From Nanobdellota archaeon (GTDB lineage: Archaea; Nanobdellota; Nanobdellia; SCGC-AAA011-G17; PNOQ01): 56,337 nucleotides of DNA. Shown in pieces: positions 20,099-29,380 of the stretch. The stretch spans positions 1 through 56,337 of the forward strand of contig JAHJUI010000001.1 of the NCBI GenBank assembly GCA_018829185.1. Direction: 5' to 3'. The notes under the pieces were generated by a model. It worked only from the letters and a program-made list of their open reading frames with translations, did not search any database and was not told the DNA's origin. Made by a program: the position numbers and the translations under genes. Position 1 is the stretch's first letter, and each line of letters begins with the position of its first letter.

Positions 20099-20342
20099 TT
20101 TCTTTTTTATTTCTTAAAAAACAGCCAGCCCAAATAAGAGAACAATTCTTTTTTGTGCAAAAACGCCTATTAAATGTGCAAAAACTCTTTATACACAAGG
20201 TTGATAAAGACATTTTAAATTTCTATTTCATCTCAAATATCATTACTAATTCGTAATAATCAAACAAAAATATTTATAAATCAAATTCTTCTAAAAACAA
20301 ATGTGTATACTTTCACAATCTTCTTCTGACGTCGATTTAAAT

Positions 20343-20450
20343 AACAAAACTGTGAAAAGGTGTTATTCGGGAAAATAACTAAGAAAAATTCCCTTCTTTT
20401 GCCATTTAAGGCTAAATTTTACTTCTATTTGCGAATCGCAACCAAAATTT
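20343..20450. repeat. ~108-bp imperfect direct repeat, copy 1 (copy 2 at 22238-22345)
   Basis: AACAAAACTGTGAAAAGGT...GGGAAAATAACTA.GAAAAATTC...CTTTTGCCATTTAA...GAATCG...AATTT in both copies. Confidence 0.85.
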
Positions 20451-20560
20451 GGGATAAAACTTCCACGCCGAACGCAACTCTAAACACTTATAACACAAAT
20501 AAAGCTTACAAAAGTAAATTAGTTAGTGAATTTCAAAAGAACAACTTCTAATCAAACTTA

Positions 20561-21496
20561 TTACTTCAACTTTTTCTTTAACTCTTTATATTCTTTCATA
20601 TAAAGCTTTATTGTAGGCTTTAAATCGCGACCTTCCTCGTAAGCCTTTAAAGATTCATAATACTCAATTCTATTATTAACACCAATATTGATTGGTGGCA
20701 AGCTATGTTTAATAAGTATATTATTTAATAAAATTCTTCCAACTCTACCATTTCCATCTCTAAATGGATGAATATTTTCAAATTGGTTATGAACAACCGC
20801 TCCAAGCACTAATCCTGGATATTTTGTTTTATTATTGTTATACCACTCAATTAATTCGCTAAGGAGATGAACTATCCTTGGAGGGGATGCTCCTTCGTGG
20901 ATAATATTTCCTTTACTATTAATCACAACTACATCTTCACCTTTTTTCCTTAGTTTTCCAGCAAATTGTTCAGAGTTTTTGAATATAATTTTATGTATTT
21001 TCTTTATAAATTCTAATGAAATGTGTTCCTTTGTAGTTCTAATATAAGAAATTGCTTCATTCACACCAAAAGCTTCGGCAATATCTTCTTTTGATCTATC
21101 TGGCCACTTGTCTTTTTCTAACAAGTCTTTTACTTCTTTTTGGTTTAATTTGCTTCCTTCTATTGCATTAGTATTATAGACAAATATTTCCGAAAATTCT
21201 TTCCAATCTTGTTTTGAAAGATGTGTTATTTTTAAAGGAATTTCTTTTTCTAAAGTTTTGATTTCTTCTATTTCTTCCTTAGATAATTCAAAGTGTAAAG
21301 GATCTTTTATAATATTATATTTGTGCATTTCTTCTAAGATCAACTTTTCTGCAATTTCTTTCCTTTCATTTAATTTTTCTTTTTTTAAATCCTGGCCCAA
21401 ATATTTTCTGAATTTATGGACTTTTGATCCCTCCCTATAAGAATGAGCTAAAAAATATTTAATTCGTTTTCCAACTTTCCTTTTTTCAATATGCAT
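20561..21496 (-). CDS. Fic family protein
   Basis: NAIEG and canonical HPFRDGNGRVGR motif. Confidence 0.93.
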   Translation of the reverse strand: MHIEKRKVGKRIKYFLAHSYREGSKVHKFRKYLGQDLKKEKLNERKEIAEKLILEEMHKYNIIKDPLHFELSKEEIEEIKTLEKEIPLKITHLSKQDWKEFSEIFVYNTNAIEGSKLNQKEVKDLLEKDKWPDRSKEDIAEAFGVNEAISYIRTTKEHISLEFIKKIHKIIFKNSEQFAGKLRKKGEDVVVINSKGNIIHEGASPPRIVHLLSELIEWYNNNKTKYPGLVLGAVVHNQFENIHPFRDGNGRVGRILLNNILIKHSLPPINIGVNNRIEYYESLKAYEEGRDLKPTIKLYMKEYKELKKKLK

Positions 21497-21505
21497 AACT
21501 ATTAT

Positions 21506-21571
21506 TTAGGTGACTACATATTTAAAGGTTTCGGTCTTAGGTGACTACATTTTACTAATTTTGTAGTCACC
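21506..21571. promoter_or_regulatory. Triple GGTGACTACA sites around the fic promoter
   Basis: TTAGGTGACTACAT at 21506 and 21537 flanking the TATA; inverted TGTAGTCACC at 21562. Confidence 0.7.
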
Positions 21572-21595
21572 AAAAATGCAATAAAAGATATTGTG

Positions 21596-21632
21596 TAATT
21601 GGCCACAGGCCAGCCGAGCGCAACTCTAAACA
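21596..21632. repeat. 37-bp GC-rich perfect direct repeat (left of tspO)
   Basis: TAATTGGCCACAGGCCAGCCGAGCGCAACTCTAAACA, identical at 22165-22201; partial copy at 20467-20490. Confidence 0.95.
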
Positions 21633-21666
21633 AACATTTAAAAACAATTAAAATAATTAAACTTAA

Positions 21667-22128
21667 ATGAAAAACATCCTAAAACTAATCATCGCATTAG
21701 TAATCTGCCAATTAGCAGGCGGAATAGGATCTTTATTCAATATAGTTTCTATATCAACTTGGTACACAACTCTAGTAAAACCAAGTTTCAATCCACCAAA
21801 CTGGATATTTGCTCCTGTTTGGATATTCTTATTTTTGTTAATGGGAATTTCATTATACCTAATATGGACAAGTAAAGGAAAACACAAATATGCAATAAAA
21901 TTATTCTCCATCCAATTACTATTAAATGTTCTATGGAGTGCTTTATTCTTTGGCATAAAATGCCCTATATGCGCATTCGTTGAAATAATAATCTTATGGA
22001 TATTTATCTTATTAACAATGCTAGAATTTTACAAAATCAACAAAACAGCTGGATACTTACTGATCCCTTATCTAGTTTGGGTAACCTTCGCAGCAATCTT
22101 AAACTTCTTTTTATTTATTTTAAATTAA
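21667..22128 (+). CDS. tspO: TspO/MBR tryptophan-rich sensory protein
   Basis: WYTTLVKPSFNPPNWIFAPVW, QLLLNVLWSALFF, LIPYLVWVTFAAILN. Confidence 0.95.
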   Translation: MKNILKLIIALVICQLAGGIGSLFNIVSISTWYTTLVKPSFNPPNWIFAPVWIFLFLLMGISLYLIWTSKGKHKYAIKLFSIQLLLNVLWSALFFGIKCPICAFVEIIILWIFILLTMLEFYKINKTAGYLLIPYLVWVTFAAILNFFLFILN

Positions 22129-22164
22129 TCTGAAAAATTGTTAAAAACTAACTTTTATTTTTTC

Positions 22165-22201
22165 TAATTGGCCACAGGCCAGCCGAGCGCAACTCTAAAC
22201 A
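22165..22201. repeat. 37-bp GC-rich perfect direct repeat (right of tspO)
   Basis: Identical to 21596-21632. Confidence 0.95.
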
Positions 22202-22237
22202 CTTAAAACAAACACTTCTTTATGAAGTTTATAATAA

Positions 22238-22345
22238 AACAAAACTGTGAAAAGGTATTACTAGGGAAAATAACTACGAAAAATTCTCTCCTTTTGCCAT
22301 TTAAAGGTCAATTTGACCCCCGTTTGGGAATCGTAGACAGAATTT
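22238..22345. repeat. ~108-bp imperfect direct repeat, copy 2
   Basis: Aligns to 20343-20450. Confidence 0.85.
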
Positions 22346-22661
22346 GCCTTTAAAGCTTGTAAAGCACTTTCCTTGCCCTGCGCTGCCTTGAGAGCTCTAC
22401 ACGTAAAAAAGAAAATCTATTTTTTAATGTAACTTTTTTTGTACTTATTACTTTGGTATTTTGGTTGAAAAAAGGAGATTAACCCTTAATAATCTGTACT
22501 TATCATTATTTTTATTGGTTTAATATTTACTTTAATTGAAATGTAAGTATAATTTTATTAGTTGTTTTTAGGATAAAATTAATATAAATCACTTTTTACA
22601 CAAGAACTACTTTATACACCAAGTTTTTTAACCCGGCTTTGTGTAAATAGTTTTAAGTTAG

Positions 22662-22775
22662 CTTACTTTTACACAGAAAATTGATGAATTGATAAAAAGT
22701 TCTAAAAAAGGTTATAGGTCTAGAGCAGAGGTTGTGAGTGATGCTGTTAGAAGGCTATTAGATTCTAAAAAGTAA
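22662..22775 (+). pseudogene. 5'-truncated ribbon-helix-helix (CopG-like) gene
   Basis: Reads QKIDELIKSSKKGYRSRAEVVSDAVRRLLDSKK*; in-frame stops upstream, no start codon or N-terminal beta strand. Confidence 0.7.
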
Positions 22776-22860
22776 TTCTATTATCAATTTTTAAAATAAC
22801 TTATGGAGGTTCTAAAATTGAATAGAAAGCTTTAAAATATTTGAAATTTAAGAAAGAAGT

Positions 22861-23634
22861 ATGTCTAAAAAAGAAAAAACAAAGAACATAACTGGCTGGC
22901 TGTTATTTTTTATTATAACCTTAGTGATAATTAGTCCTTTTCTAAATCTTTATACTCTTTTTACACAACTAGAATCTTTGGGATTTGCTAGCATAATAGA
23001 ATCATTGGCAATGGTAAGTTTGTTTATTTTAGCAGGTATATTCTTATGGAAGAAAAAACCATATGCTTTAAGATTCGCAAAGGTTTTCTTGATTACCCAA
23101 GGAGCCATAAATGTAGGCATGTTCTTTTTTTATTCTTATTCTCCTAAGGCTAATTTATTTTCATTTTTTGGTTATTTCCTAGTATGGGCCCTTTACTTAT
23201 ATAATTCAAAAAAAGTGAAAAAGATTTATGGTAATTTAAAAGAAAAGTCATCTGGCCTTCAAATATGGCCAATTCTTGCAATTATATATGCATTTATATT
23301 TAATATTTTTGGGATAATTTTTTCTGTTATTGCATTAATTAATATTTCAAAGAATAAAAAATTAAAAGGTTTTGCATTGTCAATAGTTGCTTTAGTAATT
23401 TCAATTATAGTCTTTGGGGGGTTCTTAGCATATGGATTTTTAGCAGTTATCAATGAAGGTTCAGGAGTGCCTGAAGAGATTGAAATACCCTGCCATGATT
23501 ATTGTTATGATGTTTCTGGTGCTGTAGAGTATAGTATGGAATATAATGTTATAGAAGAAAGTTATATGTGCTCTTGTTTAGATGAATTTTCGGGTGTTAT
23601 AGAGCAAAAAGTATATCCCTATATCCAAAATTAA
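22861..23634 (+). CDS. Multi-pass membrane protein with C-terminal Cys motif
   Basis: ITGWL start, about 7 TM, YLYNSKKVK, CxxxC...CxC tail. Confidence 0.7.
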   Translation: MSKKEKTKNITGWLLFFIITLVIISPFLNLYTLFTQLESLGFASIIESLAMVSLFILAGIFLWKKKPYALRFAKVFLITQGAINVGMFFFYSYSPKANLFSFFGYFLVWALYLYNSKKVKKIYGNLKEKSSGLQIWPILAIIYAFIFNIFGIIFSVIALINISKNKKLKGFALSIVALVISIIVFGGFLAYGFLAVINEGSGVPEEIEIPCHDYCYDVSGAVEYSMEYNVIEESYMCSCLDEFSGVIEQKVYPYIQN

Positions 23635-23726
23635 ACATTTTTTAACCCAAAACCTTTATAAAACAAGGGCATTATTAGTTTTTTTGTAATAAGAATCAGT
23701 TTAGGGGTGTTTAAGGGGCTAATGAA

Positions 23727-24674
23727 ATGAAACTTGTAATCAATATTCCTTGTTATAATGAAGAAAAAACTCTTCCTTTAGTTTTAAGAGAATTACCTAA
23801 AAAGATTAAAGGAGTAAGTGAGATAATAGTTCAAATCGTTGATGATGGTTCTACAGACAAAACAGTTGCAGTTGCTAAGAAATTAGGCGTTAAAAACATA
23901 ATTATTCATAAGAAAAACAAAGGATTAGGCATTGCCTTTAAACATGGAATGCAAGCTGCTTTGGATTTAGGGGCAGATATCTTTGTTAATACTGATGCAG
24001 ACAATCAATACCCTTCTAAGTACATTCCAGCCCTAGTTGAGCCTGTTGTTAAGCAAAGAGCAGATTTAGTCATTGGAAATAGAAAACCTTGGAAGGTTAA
24101 GCATTTTTCACCATTAAAAAGAGGACTTCAATGGTTTGGTAATGGGCTTACTAGGAAGATTTTGGGTAGTAATGTTCCAGATACAGTTTCAGGTTTTAGA
24201 GCTTATAGTAAAGATGCAATGTTAAGGATTAATGTTGTTACAAAGTTTAGTTATGTTTTAGATACAATAATGCAGGCAGTTCAAAAAGATCTAAGAATAG
24301 AATCTATTGAGATTAGTACAAATGCTCCAACAAGAGATTCAAGATTATTTAAAAATATTTTTCAACATATGCAAAAGTCTGGAGTGAATTTGATTAGGAT
24401 ATTTTACCTTTATGAGCCTTTGAAGACTTTTCTTTATGCTTCATTAGTTCCTTTTGTTTTAGGTTTAGCATTATTGATTAGGTGGTTTTACTTTTATTTT
24501 AATAACTTAGGGGGAGGAAATCTCCAATCTTTGATTATGTCTTTGATATTATTGATTACAGCTGGTTTATTGTTTGGATTAGGTATTATAGGAGATTCAA
24601 TGAAAGCAAATAGAATGTTAATAGAAGATACTTTGTATAGTTTAAAAAAGAAAGATTATGATGTGAGGAAGTGA
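23727..24674 (+). CDS. Glycosyltransferase family 2 (polyprenol-P glycosyltransferase-like)
   Basis: IPCYNEE, VDDGSTD, DADNQY, SGFRAY, two C-terminal TMs. Confidence 0.93.
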   Translation: MKLVINIPCYNEEKTLPLVLRELPKKIKGVSEIIVQIVDDGSTDKTVAVAKKLGVKNIIIHKKNKGLGIAFKHGMQAALDLGADIFVNTDADNQYPSKYIPALVEPVVKQRADLVIGNRKPWKVKHFSPLKRGLQWFGNGLTRKILGSNVPDTVSGFRAYSKDAMLRINVVTKFSYVLDTIMQAVQKDLRIESIEISTNAPTRDSRLFKNIFQHMQKSGVNLIRIFYLYEPLKTFLYASLVPFVLGLALLIRWFYFYFNNLGGGNLQSLIMSLILLITAGLLFGLGIIGDSMKANRMLIEDTLYSLKKKDYDVRK

Positions 24675-24680
24675 AAGAGA

Positions 24681-25733
24681 TTGAAAATTCTTTTTCTGAC
24701 AAGAAAATATCCTCCAACAATCGGTGGAATGGAAAATTATAGTTATAATCTTGTAAAATATTTTAAAAAAATAAACAATGAAACTTATTTAATTGCTAAT
24801 ACAAAGGGAAATAAATTTATTCCATTATTTATGTTTGGTTCTTTTTTTAAAGCATTATATTTAATTTGGAAAAATAAAATAACTGTTCTTCATTTAGGAG
24901 ATGGTATGCTTGCATTTGAAGGAAAACTTATAAAGAAATTAACAGGAGTTAAAACAATAATAACTATTCATGGATTAGATATAACCTATAAAAATAGGCT
25001 ATATCAAAAAATTATTCCAAAATCAATTAATAAATTAGATAAGGTAATTTGTGTAAGTAACAATACTAAAGAACAATGTATTAAAAGAGGAATTACAGAA
25101 AATAAAATTGTTGTGCTTCCAAATGGGATAAATCCAAAAGAATTTGTTTTAAAAGGTACAAAAAAAGAATTAAGAGAAAAATTATCTAAAAAATTGAATC
25201 TTAAATTAGAGAACAAAAAAATTTTATTAACCACCGGGAGATTAGTTGAAAGAAAAGGTGTTTTTTGGTTTGTAAATGAAGTAATGCCCAAATTAAGTAA
25301 AGATTGGATTTATTTAGTTTCTGGAGAAGGAGAAGATAGAATCAAGATAGAGAAATCAATTAAAAAGAATAATTTAGAAAAACAAGTTTTTTTGTTGGGA
25401 AAAACAGACTTTGATACCTTAAAATTGCTTTATAATTCAGCAGATTTGTTCATTATGCCAAATATATCTGTTGAAGGGAATATAGAGGGTTTTGGGATTG
25501 TAGCAATTGAAGCAGGATCTTGTGGGTTACCAGTTATTACTTCCGGAATAGAAGGGATAAAAGATGCTATTATTAATGGAAAAACTGGTTATTTAGCAAA
25601 AGAAGGAGATATAAAGGAGTTCATAAATAAAATAAACCTCCCAAGTTTAAATAAAGAATTAGTAAAAAAAACTACCAAAAAAAATTTTGATTGGGAAAGA
25701 ATAATCAAAGAATATAAGAAGGTTTTAGAATGA
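24681..25733 (+). CDS. Glycosyltransferase family 4
   Basis: YPPTIGGME, GRLVERKG, EGFGIVAIEAGSCGLP. Confidence 0.93.
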   Translation: MKILFLTRKYPPTIGGMENYSYNLVKYFKKINNETYLIANTKGNKFIPLFMFGSFFKALYLIWKNKITVLHLGDGMLAFEGKLIKKLTGVKTIITIHGLDITYKNRLYQKIIPKSINKLDKVICVSNNTKEQCIKRGITENKIVVLPNGINPKEFVLKGTKKELREKLSKKLNLKLENKKILLTTGRLVERKGVFWFVNEVMPKLSKDWIYLVSGEGEDRIKIEKSIKKNNLEKQVFLLGKTDFDTLKLLYNSADLFIMPNISVEGNIEGFGIVAIEAGSCGLPVITSGIEGIKDAIINGKTGYLAKEGDIKEFINKINLPSLNKELVKKTTKKNFDWERIIKEYKKVLE

Positions 25734-26935
25734 ACAAAATAAAAAATTTATGTTTTTTTTCATTTATTGGTTCAGATAATTTAGGAGATGAAGCAGTTTT
25801 TTATTCGATGATTACTAATTTTAAAAATACAAACCATCATTTAAGTGTAATTTCAACAAATCCAGATAAAACTAAAAAATTATTAAAAGATTTGGATATT
25901 AGAAAATTAAAAATAATTAATGTTAAACATAATTTAAATGTTATTAAAGTAATAAAAAAATCAGATATTTTTATTTGTGGGGGTGGAGGTATTATTCAGG
26001 ATCAAACGAGTATTTTCAATCTCCCTTTTTTCTTATCTAAAGTTTTTTTAGCAAAATTTTTTAAAAAAACAATAATGTTTTATGGAATAGGGGTTGGTCC
26101 CCTTAAATCTAGATTAAGCAGATTATTAACAAAAATCGGTCTAAATTTTGCGGAAATAATTACTGTGAGGGACAATAAGTCTAAAAAAATTTTAATAAAT
26201 TGTGGGGTTAAAGAAAAAATAATTAATGTAACTGCAGACCCTGCAATTTCCATTAAAAAAAGTTTAAAAAAAGAAATAAGTTTGTTAACGCTAAATAAAA
26301 AGATTAATTCGGAAAAGTTAATTATGGTAATTTGTTTAAGACATTGGTTCGATACGTATAGATTCATGCCGGTAAAATTAGTTAAAGCTTTGGACTTTCA
26401 AACTAAAAAAGATAAAAAGAAATATGAAAATTTTATTAATGAAATTAGCAAATTTTTGAATTATTGTAATGAAAAATTAAAATATCAATTAATTTTCCTA
26501 CCATTTTGGATAAATCGAGATAACAAAGTTCATAGAAATATTATTGATAAATTAGATAATAAAAAAGATATTTATTTATTAAATAAAGAGTACTCCCCAA
26601 GTCAAACAAAAGGGATAATTCAAAAGGCAGATTTTGTTTTAGGAATGAGGCTCCATTCATTAATTTTAGCAACAACTAGTAAGACCCCTTTCATTGCAAT
26701 AAACTATTCACAAAAAGTAAGAAATTATCTAAAAATGTTATTTTCAAAAGACTCTTTGGTGGATAAAATTTCAGTAAATCCAGAAAATTTTTCATCTGAA
26801 GAACTAATAGAAAAATTAAATTTTATTCTAAAAAACAATACATTCACTTCAGAAAATTTTAAAAAAAATTTTAAGAAATTATTAAAAAAAGAAAAAGAAA
26901 ATTTTATTTATTTGAAAGAGGTAATTAATAAATGA
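25730..26935 (+). CDS. Polysaccharide pyruvyl transferase (CsaB/WcaK-like)
   Basis: NLGDEA, GGGGIIQD, GVGP, TVRD, ADPA, GMRLHSLI. Confidence 0.9.
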   Translation: MNKIKNLCFFSFIGSDNLGDEAVFYSMITNFKNTNHHLSVISTNPDKTKKLLKDLDIRKLKIINVKHNLNVIKVIKKSDIFICGGGGIIQDQTSIFNLPFFLSKVFLAKFFKKTIMFYGIGVGPLKSRLSRLLTKIGLNFAEIITVRDNKSKKILINCGVKEKIINVTADPAISIKKSLKKEISLLTLNKKINSEKLIMVICLRHWFDTYRFMPVKLVKALDFQTKKDKKKYENFINEISKFLNYCNEKLKYQLIFLPFWINRDNKVHRNIIDKLDNKKDIYLLNKEYSPSQTKGIIQKADFVLGMRLHSLILATTSKTPFIAINYSQKVRNYLKMLFSKDSLVDKISVNPENFSSEELIEKLNFILKNNTFTSENFKKNFKKLLKKEKENFIYLKEVINK

Positions 26936-28425
26936 AAAAAGACAATTTTATTTATCTGGGGATTTTTATAATTTTATTGGTTATATGCGGAATTTTTATC
27001 CATAGTGGGGTGAATCATGGATCCGATTACGGCAGAATTTGGCAAACTGCCAAAATGTCCATAGAAGAAGGGCCTTTTTATGCATTAAATACATTTATGC
27101 CTATTAGTTCCACTTATCTTTACTCTATTTTTTTATCTTTGTTTGGATTCGGTTTTAAAATAACTTTCATAAATTTAATATTTGCAGCACTGTCCATTTT
27201 ATTATTATTCAGTATAATCAAAAAGTTAGACATTTCTAAAAAAATCCCAATTTTTTCATTAGTATTTTTGCTTTCTAGCACATTATTTTTTTATGAATTA
27301 GTGGATCCAAGGCCATATCTCATGGCAAATTTTTTTATTTTGATGTCTATCAATTTATTTTTAAATTATCTAAAAAACCCAGGAAAAAGATATTTATTTT
27401 TATCGGCACTTTTTTTAGCATTGTCAGTATATACGCAAAACCTTTTTATAATTGGATTGCTGATACCCGGTTTTTATTTTTTAATTAGTAGATTAGGTAG
27501 CAATAAAATGAAATTTTTAGATATAATTTATTATTATTCATTTATTTTATTAATTTTAAGCCCGTGGTTAATCTATAGGTTTATAATTGCAGGATTTGAT
27601 TTTTATAGAGCCCCATTAACTTGGATGTATCAGGAAAACTATTGGTCTAAATTAAATATAGATCTATATTCTAGGCCGATTCCAAGATCGTGGGAATATT
27701 ATAAATACTTCATAAATAATATCAAATTTATTTTTCCACTTTCTTTTTTGTTAATTTCGCTATTTTCATTTTTTAAAAAATTAGATAAATATTATTTATT
27801 CATTTTATCTTGGGCAGCCATATTTACTTTACCCATAATTTTAGGCAAAATTCCTGCAGAGGAGAGATATTTGTTTCCATTACTTTTCCCATTTTTAATC
27901 CTAATTGCATTGGGAATGCACGTCATATATAAAAAATACATAATTAAACTTAATAAACTAACCAAGATAACAATTTTAATTTTTGTATTAATTTTGGTTA
28001 TGTCAAATTTTATCATAATTTCTGAAAACATCCAAACCAAAATGGATAAAAAAGAGAAAGATCTTTTGGATTTAAGGGAATTTAAAGAAGAAATTGTTCC
28101 AAATAAAAATATTTATTTTAGATCTCATTTAATTGCCCCAATCTTTCCAAATAACAAGGTATATTCTATAACAGATTTAGAATTAAAAGATGCAATAGAT
28201 TTAATTGGATGGGAATCTGAAAAAGAAGTGAACATGGTAATGATAAAATATAATCTTAAATATTTAATTTTGTACAAATCAGAATATTGGGAAAAAGATT
28301 TCCATGTTTGGATAACTATGGCTAATGGAAGAACCCCAAAACATTATATAAAAATAGAAAATTCAAATTGTTTTAGCAAAATTAATGAATCTAAAGATTA
28401 TAAATTATATAAATTCGTATGTTAA
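26932..28425 (+). CDS. GT-C fold membrane glycosyltransferase (ArnT/PMT-like)
   Basis: About 11 TM, RPY and ERYLFP motifs, soluble C-terminus. Confidence 0.7.
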   Translation: MKKDNFIYLGIFIILLVICGIFIHSGVNHGSDYGRIWQTAKMSIEEGPFYALNTFMPISSTYLYSIFLSLFGFGFKITFINLIFAALSILLLFSIIKKLDISKKIPIFSLVFLLSSTLFFYELVDPRPYLMANFFILMSINLFLNYLKNPGKRYLFLSALFLALSVYTQNLFIIGLLIPGFYFLISRLGSNKMKFLDIIYYYSFILLILSPWLIYRFIIAGFDFYRAPLTWMYQENYWSKLNIDLYSRPIPRSWEYYKYFINNIKFIFPLSFLLISLFSFFKKLDKYYLFILSWAAIFTLPIILGKIPAEERYLFPLLFPFLILIALGMHVIYKKYIIKLNKLTKITILIFVLILVMSNFIIISENIQTKMDKKEKDLLDLREFKEEIVPNKNIYFRSHLIAPIFPNNKVYSITDLELKDAIDLIGWESEKEVNMVMIKYNLKYLILYKSEYWEKDFHVWITMANGRTPKHYIKIENSNCFSKINESKDYKLYKFVC

Positions 28426-28426
28426 A

Positions 28427-29380
28427 ATGAAATTTAAAATTAAAAAGCACATTGGTATACTTGTTTTAGTAACAATAGTAATACTTTTCGTAGATTATCT
28501 AAAAAATCACATAAAAGACTTCCAACAACTTTCATTAGTAAATCCAATATATATTTTGATTTTGGCAATAATTTTTATATTTTATTTATCCTTAAACGGT
28601 ATTTTATTAAAAACCTTGATGGAACCATTTAATATAAAACTTAAAAATTTAGAAGCTTTCGGATTATCAATAATAACTAATTTTTATAATTATATAACCC
28701 CCTTTAGGGGTGGAGCGGGGGTTAGAGCGATTTATCTTAAGAAAAAACATAATTTTTCTTATGTTCATTTTTTTGCCACCCTTTCAGCAATTTACATTCT
28801 CATTTTTCTAATTGGTAGTTTAGGGGGATTAATTAGTATGGGCTACATTTGGTTAAATTATGGAATTTTTGATTATTTAATATTCTCAGTCTTTTTGATT
28901 TTCTTTTTGTTCTTACTTTTAATCATTTTCTTTTCACCAAAACTATCTAAAAGAAAAAATAAATGGATCAATAAAGTCATTGAAATAATAAATGGGTGGC
29001 AGTTAATTAAAAGTAATAAAAAAATTATTATAACAACATTAATAATTTCATCATTACAATTAGTTTTAATGTCCATGAATTTCTGGATTGCTTACCGCTC
29101 ATTTGGAATAGAAATTGAATTTTTCAAAGCATTATTCATAGCATCAATTAACTCTCTTTCAATGCTTTTGGCTATAACACCAGGAAACTTAGGAATTGGA
29201 GACGCAATTAATGTATTCTCTGCTGGGTTGGTAGGTATAGGGGTAGCCGGGGCAATAGGGGCAACAGTTTTGAGAAGGGGGGTAACCCTTTTAGTGATCT
29301 TCATTATGGGCCCAATCTTTTCATATATCTTATTAAAACATAACCCAAACAAACAAAAAAATGAACACGAAAAGAAATAA
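28427..29380 (+). CDS. Flippase-like protein (LPG synthase TM domain)
   Basis: NYITPFRGGAGVRAIYL and ITPGNLGI motifs; start set at ATG 28427. Confidence 0.85.
   Translation: MKFKIKKHIGILVLVTIVILFVDYLKNHIKDFQQLSLVNPIYILILAIIFIFYLSLNGILLKTLMEPFNIKLKNLEAFGLSIITNFYNYITPFRGGAGVRAIYLKKKHNFSYVHFFATLSAIYILIFLIGSLGGLISMGYIWLNYGIFDYLIFSVFLIFFLFLLLIIFFSPKLSKRKNKWINKVIEIINGWQLIKSNKKIIITTLIISSLQLVLMSMNFWIAYRSFGIEIEFFKALFIASINSLSMLLAITPGNLGIGDAINVFSAGLVGIGVAGAIGATVLRRGVTLLVIFIMGPIFSYILLKHNPNKQKNEHEKK

Larger units (their letters stand above)
18871..20118 (+). repeat. Repeated intergenic module separating three small ORFs
   Basis: 34-bp core CC(G/A)ATTT(G/T)CTGGAATCGAAAGNTTTAAAAGATTT at 18900-18933, 19377-19410 and 19734-19767; AATTTCTTTTTTATTTCTTAAA-like tract at 18871, 19344, 19691 and 20097. 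Confidence 0.9.

Noticed and set aside
20360-20551. 63-aa ORF
   Set aside because: It lies across two non-coding repeat families and is not kept open in the second copy.
21596-22201. 37-bp repeats as a CRISPR array
   Set aside because: Only two full copies, separated by 532 bp containing a gene; no cas genes in the window.
18871-22201. Classical integron attC sites
   Set aside because: No RYYYAAC...GTTRRRY ends with a long imperfect hairpin were seen and no intI gene is present; kept only as an analogy.
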